Notes: generated by a model not told the origin, from the sequence alone. Positions 9,101 to 15,564 are shown, numbered from the stretch's first letter. The stretch is 20,000 nt of DNA from an uncultured virus (IMG/VR IMGVR_UViG_3300026549_002379) (IMGVR_UViG_3300026549_002379); one strand, 5' to 3'. Translations and numbers: made by a program.

Positions 9101-9852
9101 GACATGTCACCGACCTTGCCGACATAGTACTTGGCATCATCAGACGTCTTGTACAGAACATGCACGCCATAGGCGCTGTTGACAAGCGCAGTCCACTGGT
9201 CGGACACGCCGTCACCATCATTGTCGGCCCACAGGTCATCGACCGTCTTGCCACTGAACTTGCCGCCATCGACGACAAGCGAGTTCGTGGTCACGACATC
9301 GACGGCAGAGAGCGACTTGCCGCTGCCGACATACTTGGAATCCATATGCGACCTGATGTAAGACTCGACGTCCCCATCATTGGCAGACTCCTTATCAGAA
9401 TCGACAGACACGGCAGAACTCTTGCTGCCACCGTCTTCCACGAAATACCCGGTCACGACGACGTCCTCCGTGGGCTTGAAAGTCACCTTTCCGTCGGAGT
9501 CGACATCAATGGACTTCGGGTCGCCGGAAGCACCGACAACAGACACCGAACTTGCGACATAACCGTCATCCGGCTTTGCAGCGACAGTCACATCGTCACC
9601 GGACTTCACGTCAAGAGACGTTCCGTCCTTGCCATCGAAAGACAGACTTCCGTGCTCGCTGTCAGCGAGGACCACAGCGAATGTCTGTGTGTCATCAGGC
9701 TTAGTCGTCTCTGCTGCGAACGCAGTCGTTACGCCGCCGGACGCCACGGTCATCGCCGCAGTTGCCGCCGTCATAACAAGTGCAGAAGCGCGGCGCCAGA
9801 CGCCAAGCAATGACTTCTTCAGATGGTTTTCACCATTGCTCTTGTCATTCAT
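3178..9852 (-). CDS. Giant sortase-anchored adhesin (~2,224 aa): signal peptide, InlB-B-repeat-like domain, variable region, ~5 Cna-B/SpaA-like domains, 6 VaFE/T-Q ester domains, LQTG anchor
   Basis: RBS AGGAGG favours ATG 9852. Signal peptide ends AFA|AE. GTYYLKE/GTYEIRE/GTYEVRE Cna-B-like motifs. Six VA(F/Y)E...HxDxxDxxQ repeats. C-terminus is NLQTG, a hydrophobic helix and RKRQQARG. Confidence 0.9.
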   Translation of the reverse strand: MNDKSNGENHLKKSLLGVWRRASALVMTAATAAMTVASGGVTTAFAAETTKPDDTQTFAVVLADSEHGSLSFDGKDGTSLDVKSGDDVTVAAKPDDGYVASSVSVVGASGDPKSIDVDSDGKVTFKPTEDVVVTGYFVEDGGSKSSAVSVDSDKESANDGDVESYIRSHMDSKYVGSGKSLSAVDVVTTNSLVVDGGKFSGKTVDDLWADNDGDGVSDQWTALVNSAYGVHVLYKTSDDAKYYVGKVGDMSNGKNVTDVVAGRNDTSGTVYDDVVYDKESGLVYVPVARTKDGKNAVRVELLYVTGDSATSDVAVSVDKGGVKGDVADSGTAEASTSALVTNVTLANDDEARKSISSDTIDSVVVNGVSYGHDTSMWSYNEATGVLSIAMSPVDVDSVSVKMSNGFMKSVRNLFSFTAKADTAPSYGGTWTFSNAPQAGMTFKIGSRNYYVGDEGATYNVHAANNGNPDTLARAVLSGAGISTEELWTDDTTWGFVERVSHIKAQTVTVDGNTIQIPAQTVGLYCAHISYGENHSNPDDLDIDVRVLDVDMANHTMTIAIVSPTMNTQAGVGLFTVTWKQAGGYLSAVKVPEDSSYTNGNSAYDMTGAQYGVYKDAECTNRVDILTVQNNTGVTNEVGPLEEGTYYLKEIKSGNCGYTTNPAVASVEATSGGHSKVTLDGQFAEPATKDPMGIMVQKALDGEDKAGTMRGDVKLSGVQFRVDYYSDVYDSVAAAQASGSPKASAVFATDDDGFLLFGAATPVSGTWPYHDGTGMKNTIPLGTVVITEVNAPSGVAVSGDPQAFTLTDADSNGEAEQHQIATWPSAKTTADAVGSYIDKVWRGGVLVTKAEKDWNASRDQGDGSLADVKYEIINRSDNKVKYDGKDVAVGDVVTTITTKYDDNLKAYVAKTDNVKWDGSKYVVDTDNDKTLEYGTYEIREVNSATDGSANDSHLNAGWSDTFQITEDGQLKSYDSDANKWNANDIWRGGLRVGKVDRETKQYIQLGEAHLDGAVFDVINRSANDVKVNGVTYKPGESVLTMATEWHDGKCYADSGKVLPYGTYEVREIKSGTGYLYDDTSKSWTVTLTQHTHDGYVDLLDEDDVVANQVSREDWSFKKKDEDSMERMDKVAFKVTSNTTGETHVIVTDENGTWGSSWNAHTQNTNANDPDSPNTNGAIQKDADGDYKVVDSSKLDSEAGTWFTGMSSDMTKWAEDGKSYDVNGRNVKVNDDLRAFPYDTYTVTELASDTNKGHHLVQFTVTLHKYGNPNGEGIDLDYGTIDDKTITIGTELSADTGKSVPSVGTVNLTDTVSYNGLSQDEKYTLKGELHAVDDDGNDKGVVATAESEFTASNMTGKTDVVFENVDMSKVGTNKLVAFESLEQNGDEIVDHKDLTDEDQTVTIPRIGTTFTGDVEHEANAAAKTIKLTDTVDYSGVEKGKNYTLTATLMDKETGEAVKDADGNPITATTTFAPSKSSGKADVVFEFSGVDVAGKTVVAFESLTSDNVEFATHNDINDEGQTVTFPKVGTTATDKASGGKIVAADKNQTVVDTVDATNLVVGKEYKVSGALHLRDKDGKDLGALKDADGKDVVASTTFKADKADMKVNLEFTFDASALGGQTIVAFEDLSREDKTLAVHADITDEGQSVYVPKIGTTMVAENGTHVTQASYDASKDKKDDASADAKASDESVKADSIATEDVKSDSKVAEEVKSDSTTETKSDSAKDTASDSKSEKTEKKDETVVLTDTIAYENLEVGKKYTVSGELHLQDVDKDGNIVDGGALKDADGKAVTATAEFTPEKTTGTVDVTFTFNAAGLAGHSVVAFETVKEGDRTIATHSDITDKDQTVSFVDVQTTALDKTTKTHAMSETTHVELVDTVAYEGLTPGKEYTLTGTLHVQKTAASDGKKDDAKATDSDAKADDKSEAKSDDKSDAKATDSDAKAEAASTDKATESDAKKDEGADVTKADDADAKKDDTTEDATILKGKDGKPVAATVTFTPKEANGTVDVPFDFEIEAGALDGQTVVAFEDLSEDGVKIATHADINDESQSVHKMKVGTTLTGADKKSKDIQKADKVSVVDSVHYENLYVGEKYTVKGTLVDGEGKAIKDSNGNPVTAETEFTPEATTGDVEMTFTLDTSNMANGAKVVAYEYVYSANGTLVGKHEDVNDEGQTVTVKEESKTPPTTTHVNLQTGIGNAGIMVAIAMLAALAGAITYYVRKRQQARG
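3330..6010 (-). repeat. Six tandem VaFE (T-Q ester bond) Ig-like domains
   Basis: HKDLTDEDQ, HNDINDEGQ, HADITDEGQ, HSDITDKDQ, HADINDESQ and HEDVNDEGQ, each domain opening with an (I/V)(G/Q)T strand. Boundaries approximate. Confidence 0.85.
4028..4132. repeat. Exact 36-bp direct repeat with a 69-bp period inside the adhesin
   Basis: TCAGCCTTTGCATCGGAATCCGTGGCCTTCGCGTCG at 4028-4063 and 4097-4132, encoding DAKATDSDAKA twice. Confidence 0.9.
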
Positions 9853-9994
9853 AAACAACATCCTCCTTTTCTTACTTTGTTTGTTAAACATATATGTTTA
9901 CATGAAATTATTGTACGTCTCCGTTCCTATGCCGCCACTCGCTGCTAACAGCATAAAAGAACACAAAGCACGTACAACGCATCATGCTGAAACT

Positions 9995-10023
9995 AGAATA
10001 CCACATAAGCACTCATTTATCAA
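9995..10023 (-). promoter_or_regulatory. Sigma70 promoter for the adhesin gene
   Basis: TTGATA (10023-10018), 17 bp, TATTCT (10000-9995), with a TGn extension. Confidence 0.55.
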
Positions 10024-10129
10024 GTCCAAAAGCAAATCTCTGGCCCAAAATGGCACGTCAGACCGCGCAAAGCGCGGCGAGTGCCCATGCACGCAGTACC
10101 AAATATAGTGCAAGACAGGAGGGATAGCT

Positions 10130-10612
10130 ATGGAACAGCATTTCGGTACATTCAAGAAAGGGGTTGACCGCTCCAATCCAAAGCAGGTGAAATGGGAACG
10201 AGCCACTATGTCCAAGAAGCTCATTGGGTTTCTTGCAACCCAAATCTGTGTCTCATTCCCACACGACTCATTCATTGTACTCAGTCCGCACTGCAAGGAC
10301 AAGTACGCCAGGCATGACGCGTCCATCGACTTCGGCATCGTGCGCAGCACCCTGATGAGCCCCGCGGAGCACATCATCGAATACTCCGAGGTGGCCACGG
10401 ATGATGACCTGCCGCCCATGCGTCGCGTCCTGCTCCGCAACGACCGCATCAGCAGACCGGTCAGCATCGGTGGAAGAACCGTCGAATGCAACCTCTGCTT
10501 CGTGCTCGGCCTGGACGAGCACTGCATCGTGACGTACTACTGGAACGCAGTCACGGACCATCATGCCACTCTCGACAGGTCCAAATACTGTAAAAAGAAA
10601 AAGACGCACTGA
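10130..10612 (+). CDS. Hypothetical protein (160 aa), DUF4258-like, possibly a BECR-fold RNase
   Basis: RBS AGGAGGG. Pattern LSPHCKDK...IIEY...RVLLR...LCFVL...IVTYYWN resembles the DUF4258 H...IE.Y...VIT.Y layout. The ORF is solid; the family call is tentative. Confidence 0.6.
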   Translation: MEQHFGTFKKGVDRSNPKQVKWERATMSKKLIGFLATQICVSFPHDSFIVLSPHCKDKYARHDASIDFGIVRSTLMSPAEHIIEYSEVATDDDLPPMRRVLLRNDRISRPVSIGGRTVECNLCFVLGLDEHCIVTYYWNAVTDHHATLDRSKYCKKKKTH

Positions 10613-10987
10613 CGTGCGGGGACATGCGGGGCGCATGTCGGAAGAAATGGCGAAGCCAGTTAGGCAGCTTGCGCTGCTGATACAAGACTTCAATCTTGGG
10701 ATGACCAGGTCATCCCGGATGAAAACATGAGAGAAATCGAAACCTCTCGAAGATAAACGGGCCAACAAACTCAATAAAGATAAAGGGCCGTCAGCTCACT
10801 TCACAGGAATCGCGAAAATCAACTCTCTCTCTCAGGAACTGCAAAGACGTAATGCATGCCCATGAGCATACGGCGCAAAAACCACATTATGAATATCAGG
10901 CGCGACAGATTCGCTCACGGCATCACGACGTCAACGCAGACCATTGCATTACTGCCAATTAAAATCACAAAACAGGAGGAAATCATC

Positions 10988-11422
10988 ATGGCAAATCTCA
11001 ACAACTTCGGTATCGTTTCTGGTCGTCTTACCAAGGACCCTACGGTCTTCACTAACAGCGACGGCTCCAAGAAGATTATGGTCACTGTCGCAGCCAAGAA
11101 CAACTACAAGGGCAAGGACGGCAAGCGTGGCACTCAGTTCGTAGACCTTCAGGCCTTCGTCTCTGCCAAGTCCGCTAAGTCTCCGTTCGACTACCTCGAG
11201 AAGGGCGACAAGGTCAAGTTCGGCTTCAGCGTACGCAACAACAACTACACTGACAAGCAGGGCGTCGCTCACTACGAGCAGATTCTCTGGATTGAGGACA
11301 CCGAGCTCGAAGAGACCAAGGCTTCCAAGGCCGCACGCGCAGCCCGCGAGCCTCAGGCAGAGGCCGCAGCAGCAGGCGTCGTTCCTGCAGCTGACGACGA
11401 CAGCCAGCCGTTCGACGAGTAA
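10988..11422 (+). CDS. ssb: Single-stranded DNA-binding protein
   Basis: RBS AGGAGG before ATG 10988. OB-fold NNFGIVSGRLTKDP...TQFVDLQAF...YLEKGDKV...NNYTDKQG. Acidic tail DDDSQPFDE. Confidence 0.92.
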   Translation: MANLNNFGIVSGRLTKDPTVFTNSDGSKKIMVTVAAKNNYKGKDGKRGTQFVDLQAFVSAKSAKSPFDYLEKGDKVKFGFSVRNNNYTDKQGVAHYEQILWIEDTELEETKASKAARAAREPQAEAAAAGVVPAADDDSQPFDE

Positions 11423-11439
11423 TCACTAGCCTGTCACAC

Positions 11440-11489
11440 AAAAAGGACGGGGCGCTATCCAACAGGATGGCGTCCCGCCTTTTTTTTTT
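11440..11489. terminator. Bidirectional intrinsic terminator between convergent ssb and HNH genes
   Basis: A-run, CGGGGCGCTATCC-aaca-GGATGGCGTCCCG stem, then a 10-T run. Confidence 0.85.
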
Positions 11490-11491
11490 CT

Positions 11492-11944
11492 CTAATTCAA
11501 CTTGTCTATGCCGTAATCAATCATCTCACGGACTTCCTCGTTCGTACGGTTCTTGCCCTTCTTGCGATTGCAACGCCAGCAGAGCGTCTGCAGGTTGCTC
11601 TCGTCATCGCCGGAGCCACCCTTAGCCACCGGTACGATATGGTCGACTTCCAACAGCAGATAGTCGCCCAGCCCCGGCATCAGGGAATCCACGTACCCCT
11701 TGGAGATACCGCATATCTGGCATGTGTAGTTGTCACGTTCCAGGACATGCTGCTTCATCGCCTTCGTGACGTAGCGGCGCCTTGCGGTCTCCCGCTTCTG
11801 CTCCTTCTCCTCCTCAACGTGCCTCGACAAGTCGCTGTAACGCTCCTCGGACTCGTCCGCCTGACGGCGGCTGCGTCTCGCCCGTATGAACAGGACGACG
11901 GCCAGAACCGCCAGGACGACGAGCAGGAACAGCAACGCCATCAT
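11492..11944 (-). CDS. HNH endonuclease with an N-terminal transmembrane anchor
   Basis: Hydrophobic N-terminus ALLFLLVVLAVLAVVLFI then RARRSRR. VLERDNYTCQICG...LEVDHIVPVAKGG...NLQTLCWRCNRKKG is an McrA-type Zn-HNH. ATGA overlap with the upstream gene. Confidence 0.88.
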   Translation of the reverse strand: MMALLFLLVVLAVLAVVLFIRARRSRRQADESEERYSDLSRHVEEEKEQKRETARRRYVTKAMKQHVLERDNYTCQICGISKGYVDSLMPGLGDYLLLEVDHIVPVAKGGSGDDESNLQTLCWRCNRKKGKNRTNEEVREMIDYGIDKLN

Positions 11945-12681
11945 CGCGTGCCCTTCCTGTCACCGTACCGGGTGACCGGCATGGTCGACGGGTCATCATA
12001 ACAAGACGTGTACGCCCCGTCGGGAACGGTACGCACGATACCCATGTTGTCCGCCTGCATGGCAATGACCTCAGGGCTCATGCCAACGCACTCGGAGGCG
12101 CAGTCCGTAACAGAGGCATGCTCCACGAGCAGACGATACAGAGCGTGCATCTTCATCATCTTGCCCACGGCAGTGCGTTGCACCGTGCCGTCGGGGCGGA
12201 CGCGCTGATAATGCTCCTCCGCCACCATGCCATAGTACACATGCATCATCATGTTGTACATCAGCCCGGCATCCTCGCCATACGCATCAGCAAGACGGCC
12301 AATCTCCCGCACGCACTCCTCACGCACGGAGTTATCAGCCATTGCGTACACGGCCCTGATATCAGCGAAGACACGGTCGTCCCCATGACACAGGGCAATC
12401 GCGGCAAGCCTCGAGAAATAGTACTCGTCCTTCGGGTACGCCATGCTGACGTTGCCCTCCGGTGACCACTGCAGCACCGCCGCGGCCCAGTTGTCATAAC
12501 GACCCTGGCAGAACGCAATCGCCCTGTCCAGACCGTCATCGCCCGCCATGTGCCTCAACGCACGCATGTCGCGCAGATACGGACGGTCATCCCACGGGAG
12601 GAAGGAAAGGCCGGAAGCCATGACTTCCGACCTGACAGAATCCTTCCAGGCATCTGCCATGAGCCTTCCCACGGCATCCAT
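11941..12681 (-). CDS. Hypothetical helical protein (246 aa), translationally coupled to parM and the HNH gene
   Basis: TAATG overlap with the parM stop and ATGA overlap with the HNH start. Distinctive segment YYGMVAEE...VGKMMKMHALYRLL. Function unknown. Confidence 0.75.
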   Translation of the reverse strand: MDAVGRLMADAWKDSVRSEVMASGLSFLPWDDRPYLRDMRALRHMAGDDGLDRAIAFCQGRYDNWAAAVLQWSPEGNVSMAYPKDEYYFSRLAAIALCHGDDRVFADIRAVYAMADNSVREECVREIGRLADAYGEDAGLMYNMMMHVYYGMVAEEHYQRVRPDGTVQRTAVGKMMKMHALYRLLVEHASVTDCASECVGMSPEVIAMQADNMGIVRTVPDGAYTSCYDDPSTMPVTRYGDRKGTR

Positions 12682-13910
12682 TACTCGACCATTCCGGCTG
12701 CCTGTGCGCCAAGCACGGCAACCTCGTAGAGACCAGTGCGGTTGAGGTCGCGACTGTAACTGGAATCCAAATAGATAATAGGCAGGCAGTTACCGTCCGC
12801 CAGCGTCACGGCATCGACGAGCATAGGCTCCAGAACCGGGCGAACGTCGTTCGCACCGCCGCCATAGACGTAGATGACGTCCGTACGCAGACCGACCTTG
12901 CGGAAGATGTTCGTGAACTCCTTCATGACATCACGCACGAAGATGACCACCTGGTCGTTGATATAGCGCGACACGGTCTTCTGCACCATCTTCTGGGCGG
13001 GCATCAGGTCACGCTTCAGCATGAAATCGGCAAGGTCCTTACGGGAATCGAACGCATAGTTCGTGTTCCGAAGGGCGCCAACGACACTGGTCAGAACCGT
13101 GCCATAGCCCTTGTTGATGCTCGTCGAAGACTCGATGGACACGGCGCCGTCCGTGAACACGGGGAAATTCGTCGTGCCCTCGCCGATGTCGATGCCGATG
13201 GTGTTCTTGGCACCAGCCAGCACCTCGCCGGTATAGCCGGGGTCAATCTTCGCGCCATGGCTGCGGGCCTCGTCCAGCGCAAGCTGCAGGAACTCGGCAC
13301 CCATGGAGCTAATCGCATACTGCGCGGCGGCACCCTCTGCCAGCACCTCGACGTCGACGAAACGAACCGAGACGTCGATGTCATGGTCGAAATTATGCAC
13401 GATGACATGATGAACGTCACCCATCAGCGTGTCACGGTACGCATCCTTCCAGTCCATGAAGTCCTCGATAGGAAGCGCGATGCCGATGCAAGCGTCCACG
13501 CCAAGGGACGTACCCGGCAGGCTTCCGTTCTCTGCCCAATAACCCTGAATTGCAAGCGAGGCAATCGAACCGAGCACCAGCATCGTGCTCAGGGCATCCT
13601 GGCACTTCGGAACATGATTTTCGATGTTGAACTCGCGAAGCGACTCTCCCGTGCGAATCGCACGCTCGCCGAAGAACACGCGCCCGGCGTCCATCGCCTT
13701 GATGGCACGGCTCGTGACCGTCGCATCCAGCTCGTTCACCAGCTTCTCCATATAATCGTTCGTTGCAGGCTTCGGAATGTCCGAGCCAATCGTATAGGAA
13801 ACGGCACTCGGCATATCGACGAGCTTACCGCCCACACCGTTCACAGACGCCTTTCCCTTCACATAGCCATTGCCGACATCGAGGCCGGCCACAATCTTCA
13901 TATCACTCAT
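12681..13910 (-). CDS. parM: Actin-like plasmid segregation NTPase (ParM/StbA/Alp7A family)
   Basis: Phosphate-1 GLDVGNGYVK, connect LAEGAAA, phosphate-2 IGIDIGEGTTN, adenosine VYGGGA. RBS AAAGGAG. Confidence 0.9.
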   Translation of the reverse strand: MSDMKIVAGLDVGNGYVKGKASVNGVGGKLVDMPSAVSYTIGSDIPKPATNDYMEKLVNELDATVTSRAIKAMDAGRVFFGERAIRTGESLREFNIENHVPKCQDALSTMLVLGSIASLAIQGYWAENGSLPGTSLGVDACIGIALPIEDFMDWKDAYRDTLMGDVHHVIVHNFDHDIDVSVRFVDVEVLAEGAAAQYAISSMGAEFLQLALDEARSHGAKIDPGYTGEVLAGAKNTIGIDIGEGTTNFPVFTDGAVSIESSTSINKGYGTVLTSVVGALRNTNYAFDSRKDLADFMLKRDLMPAQKMVQKTVSRYINDQVVIFVRDVMKEFTNIFRKVGLRTDVIYVYGGGANDVRPVLEPMLVDAVTLADGNCLPIIYLDSSYSRDLNRTGLYEVAVLGAQAAGMVE

Positions 13911-13929
13911 AAGTATCTCCTTTCGTCTC

Positions 13930-14286
13930 TTACTTGTTCAGCAGACCCTGCATCTGCAGAATCTTCAACCGTGCGTCATTGTCATCGGCAGAAGGCGCGG
14001 CCGGAACCATCTCAGGCTCCTTCGGCATCACGGCAGGCGCCTCCTCTTCCTTCGCCGTCTCCTTCGCAGGGCGCGGCGACGCCGATGGTACCGTCTCGAC
14101 AGGACCATAGCCCATGCGGTCACGCCCCGAGGAGAAATAGTCCCCGGTGCCGTACGCACTCACGGCAAATCGGATGAGCTCGCGTATCGACAGACTGACC
14201 GACTGTTGATGTGACAGCCATGCCAGGACGTCCTTGTCGTTCGTCGGAACGGATATCCTTATCCGCTTCATCTCCGTTGCAGCCAT
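13930..14286 (-). CDS. Putative centromere-binding adaptor (ParR-like, RHH), 118 aa
   Basis: Start reset to ATG 14286 (RBS AAGGAGG). KRIRISVP...VLAWLSHQQSVSLSIRELIR is RHH-like, followed by a Pro/Ala/Glu-rich linker and a short terminal helix. Lies directly upstream of parM. Confidence 0.72.
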   Translation of the reverse strand: MAATEMKRIRISVPTNDKDVLAWLSHQQSVSLSIRELIRFAVSAYGTGDYFSSGRDRMGYGPVETVPSASPRPAKETAKEEEAPAVMPKEPEMVPAAPSADDNDARLKILQMQGLLNK

Positions 14287-14319
14287 CGCGTTTCCTCCTT
14301 TCTTGATTTCCATGACTAA

Positions 14320-14348
14320 ATAATACCACTGCAAATCAACGTTGTCAA
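14320..14348 (-). promoter_or_regulatory. Sigma70 promoter of the partition operon
   Basis: TTGACA (14348-14343), 17 bp, TATTAT (14325-14320), with a TGn extension. Confidence 0.8.
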
Positions 14349-14352
14349 GCCT

Positions 14353-14458
14353 ATGGGATACTTTTTGGTCATTTTTGTAACCATTTTCGAACCAGTTTGT
14401 ATCCCTACCCAATCAAAAACCATTTACGAACCATTTTAGAACCATAAAATATCCCTAC
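14353..14458. repeat. Centromere-like (parC) array of 11-bp direct repeats
   Basis: GTCATTTTTGT/AACCATTTTCG/AACCAGTTTGT (14368-14400) and AACCATTTACG/AACCATTTTAG/AACCATAAAAT (14418-14450). Each block ends in TATCCCTAC, and an inverted GGGATA lies at 14355-14360. Confidence 0.75.
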
Positions 14459-14522
14459 GTCATAGAAGCGTTGCCAAGCAACGCCGGGAGCACGATAAGA
14501 AAACATGACAGGAGACATCAAA

Positions 14523-14741
14523 ATGAGCAGAAAGAAAAAGAAATCCGTGCCGGTACAAACGCCAAAACGGCACCGCACGCACGGCAAAATCCATGTCGGA
14601 ACCATCACATCGGAACAGCTCCGAAAGATGAACAGACCCCGCCAGCTTCCTACGAGCGGGTTCGGCATCCACGGCGACACAAAGTACAACCGCCGTCGCG
14701 CCAAAGAGGAAACCCGCCGAATCCTCGAGGACGAGGACTGA
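14523..14741 (+). CDS. Small basic hypothetical protein (72 aa)
   Basis: RBS AGGAG before ATG 14523. K/R/H-rich with GFGIHGDTKYNRRRAK. Followed directly by a terminator. Confidence 0.7.
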   Translation: MSRKKKKSVPVQTPKRHRTHGKIHVGTITSEQLRKMNRPRQLPTSGFGIHGDTKYNRRRAKEETRRILEDED

Positions 14742-14780
14742 AAGAAAAGGCAGACCCTAACAGGTCTGCCGACTTTTTTT
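14742..14780. terminator. Bidirectional intrinsic terminator
   Basis: A-rich run, GGCAGACC-ctaaca-GGTCTGCC (14749-14770), then a T7 run, between convergent genes. Confidence 0.85.
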
Positions 14781-15513
14781 ATTTCTTGGACGCCTGGTAT
14801 TCTGCGTTCTTCCTCTGGCACTCGTCGACGAGCCCGGGGTCATCCTTCGACACCGGGTCCCTCGACGTGTACACGTCATCCGGTATCGTGATGCACACAT
14901 CGGCCGCAGGCATCTCATTAATGGACTCTGAAACCTTCTTCACGATGTAGTCGTACAGCTTCTGCTGGTCAAGCTCGTTACCCTTGCTGCCCTCGACGAT
15001 GACGTACGCATTGTCCTTGCCGCTCCACTCAATCGAGGCGTCCACCGTCTTGCGGCGCTTGACGTACATGTTGTCCGTCGAGAACGTCTTGTCGAACTTG
15101 TCCATGTCCAGCCGATACCCGAAGTCCACCTTGTCGCCGCCGGAACGAATCGCATCGAACGCATAGCGTATGTCGCTTTTCTGCTTGTCGTACACGGACT
15201 GCAGATTCTTGAACAGCCCGTCGCAGTCAAGCTCGTACCCGGCATCCGACATCGTAGTCACGATGACCGGACGCTTGTCCACCGAATTGCTCTCGTAAAT
15301 CACGATTTTCGGGTCCTTCGACTCCGAGACGACGAACTCCAGAGCATCCGCGGGCTTCAACCCCGCAATGCTCACGCCCCTGCATGTCGTGCCTTCCAGA
15401 AAACCGTCCTGGTTCTGCAGGTGCCATATCAGCCCGACGAACATCGCCACGACGATTGCGACTGCCAGACATAGCACGCCAAGCATCATCTTTGTTATCG
15501 CCTTTGCCTTCAT
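14779..15513 (-). CDS. Membrane-anchored protein with a PG_binding_4-like stalk (as in L,D-transpeptidase/VanW N-termini), no catalytic domain
   Basis: RBS AGGAGG before ATG 15513. TM helix, FLEGTTCRGVSIAGLKPADA, and DASIEW...YVIVEGSKGNELDQQKL. No YkuD HxxxSHGC motif. Confidence 0.65.
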   Translation of the reverse strand: MKAKAITKMMLGVLCLAVAIVVAMFVGLIWHLQNQDGFLEGTTCRGVSIAGLKPADALEFVVSESKDPKIVIYESNSVDKRPVIVTTMSDAGYELDCDGLFKNLQSVYDKQKSDIRYAFDAIRSGGDKVDFGYRLDMDKFDKTFSTDNMYVKRRKTVDASIEWSGKDNAYVIVEGSKGNELDQQKLYDYIVKKVSESINEMPAADVCITIPDDVYTSRDPVSKDDPGLVDECQRKNAEYQASKK

Positions 15514-15527
15514 AAAACCTCCTGACA

Positions 15528-15558
15528 CAGAAAGGGAACCCGACGTGCGGGTTCCCCT
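15528..15558 (-). terminator. Hairpin, probable terminator closing the sec operon
   Basis: Minus strand GGGAACCCG-cacgt-CGGGTTCCC followed by TTTCTG, just after the HTH stop. The U-tract is short. Confidence 0.6.
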
Positions 15559-15564
15559 GCCGTA

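Noticed and set aside
10614..10960. Group II intron, tmRNA or hammerhead ribozyme (GTGCG at 10614; CGGATGA...GAAA)
   Set aside because: No domain V, no tRNA-like ends or tag ORF, and the hammerhead core CTGATGA is not matched.
14353..14458. CRISPR array or replication iterons
   Set aside because: The units are 11 bp, contiguous and without spacers. No cas or rep gene is adjacent, and the position beside the par promoter fits a centromere better.
14523..14780. ArfA/BrfA-style non-stop mRNA regulation
   Set aside because: The terminator lies after the stop codon rather than inside the ORF.
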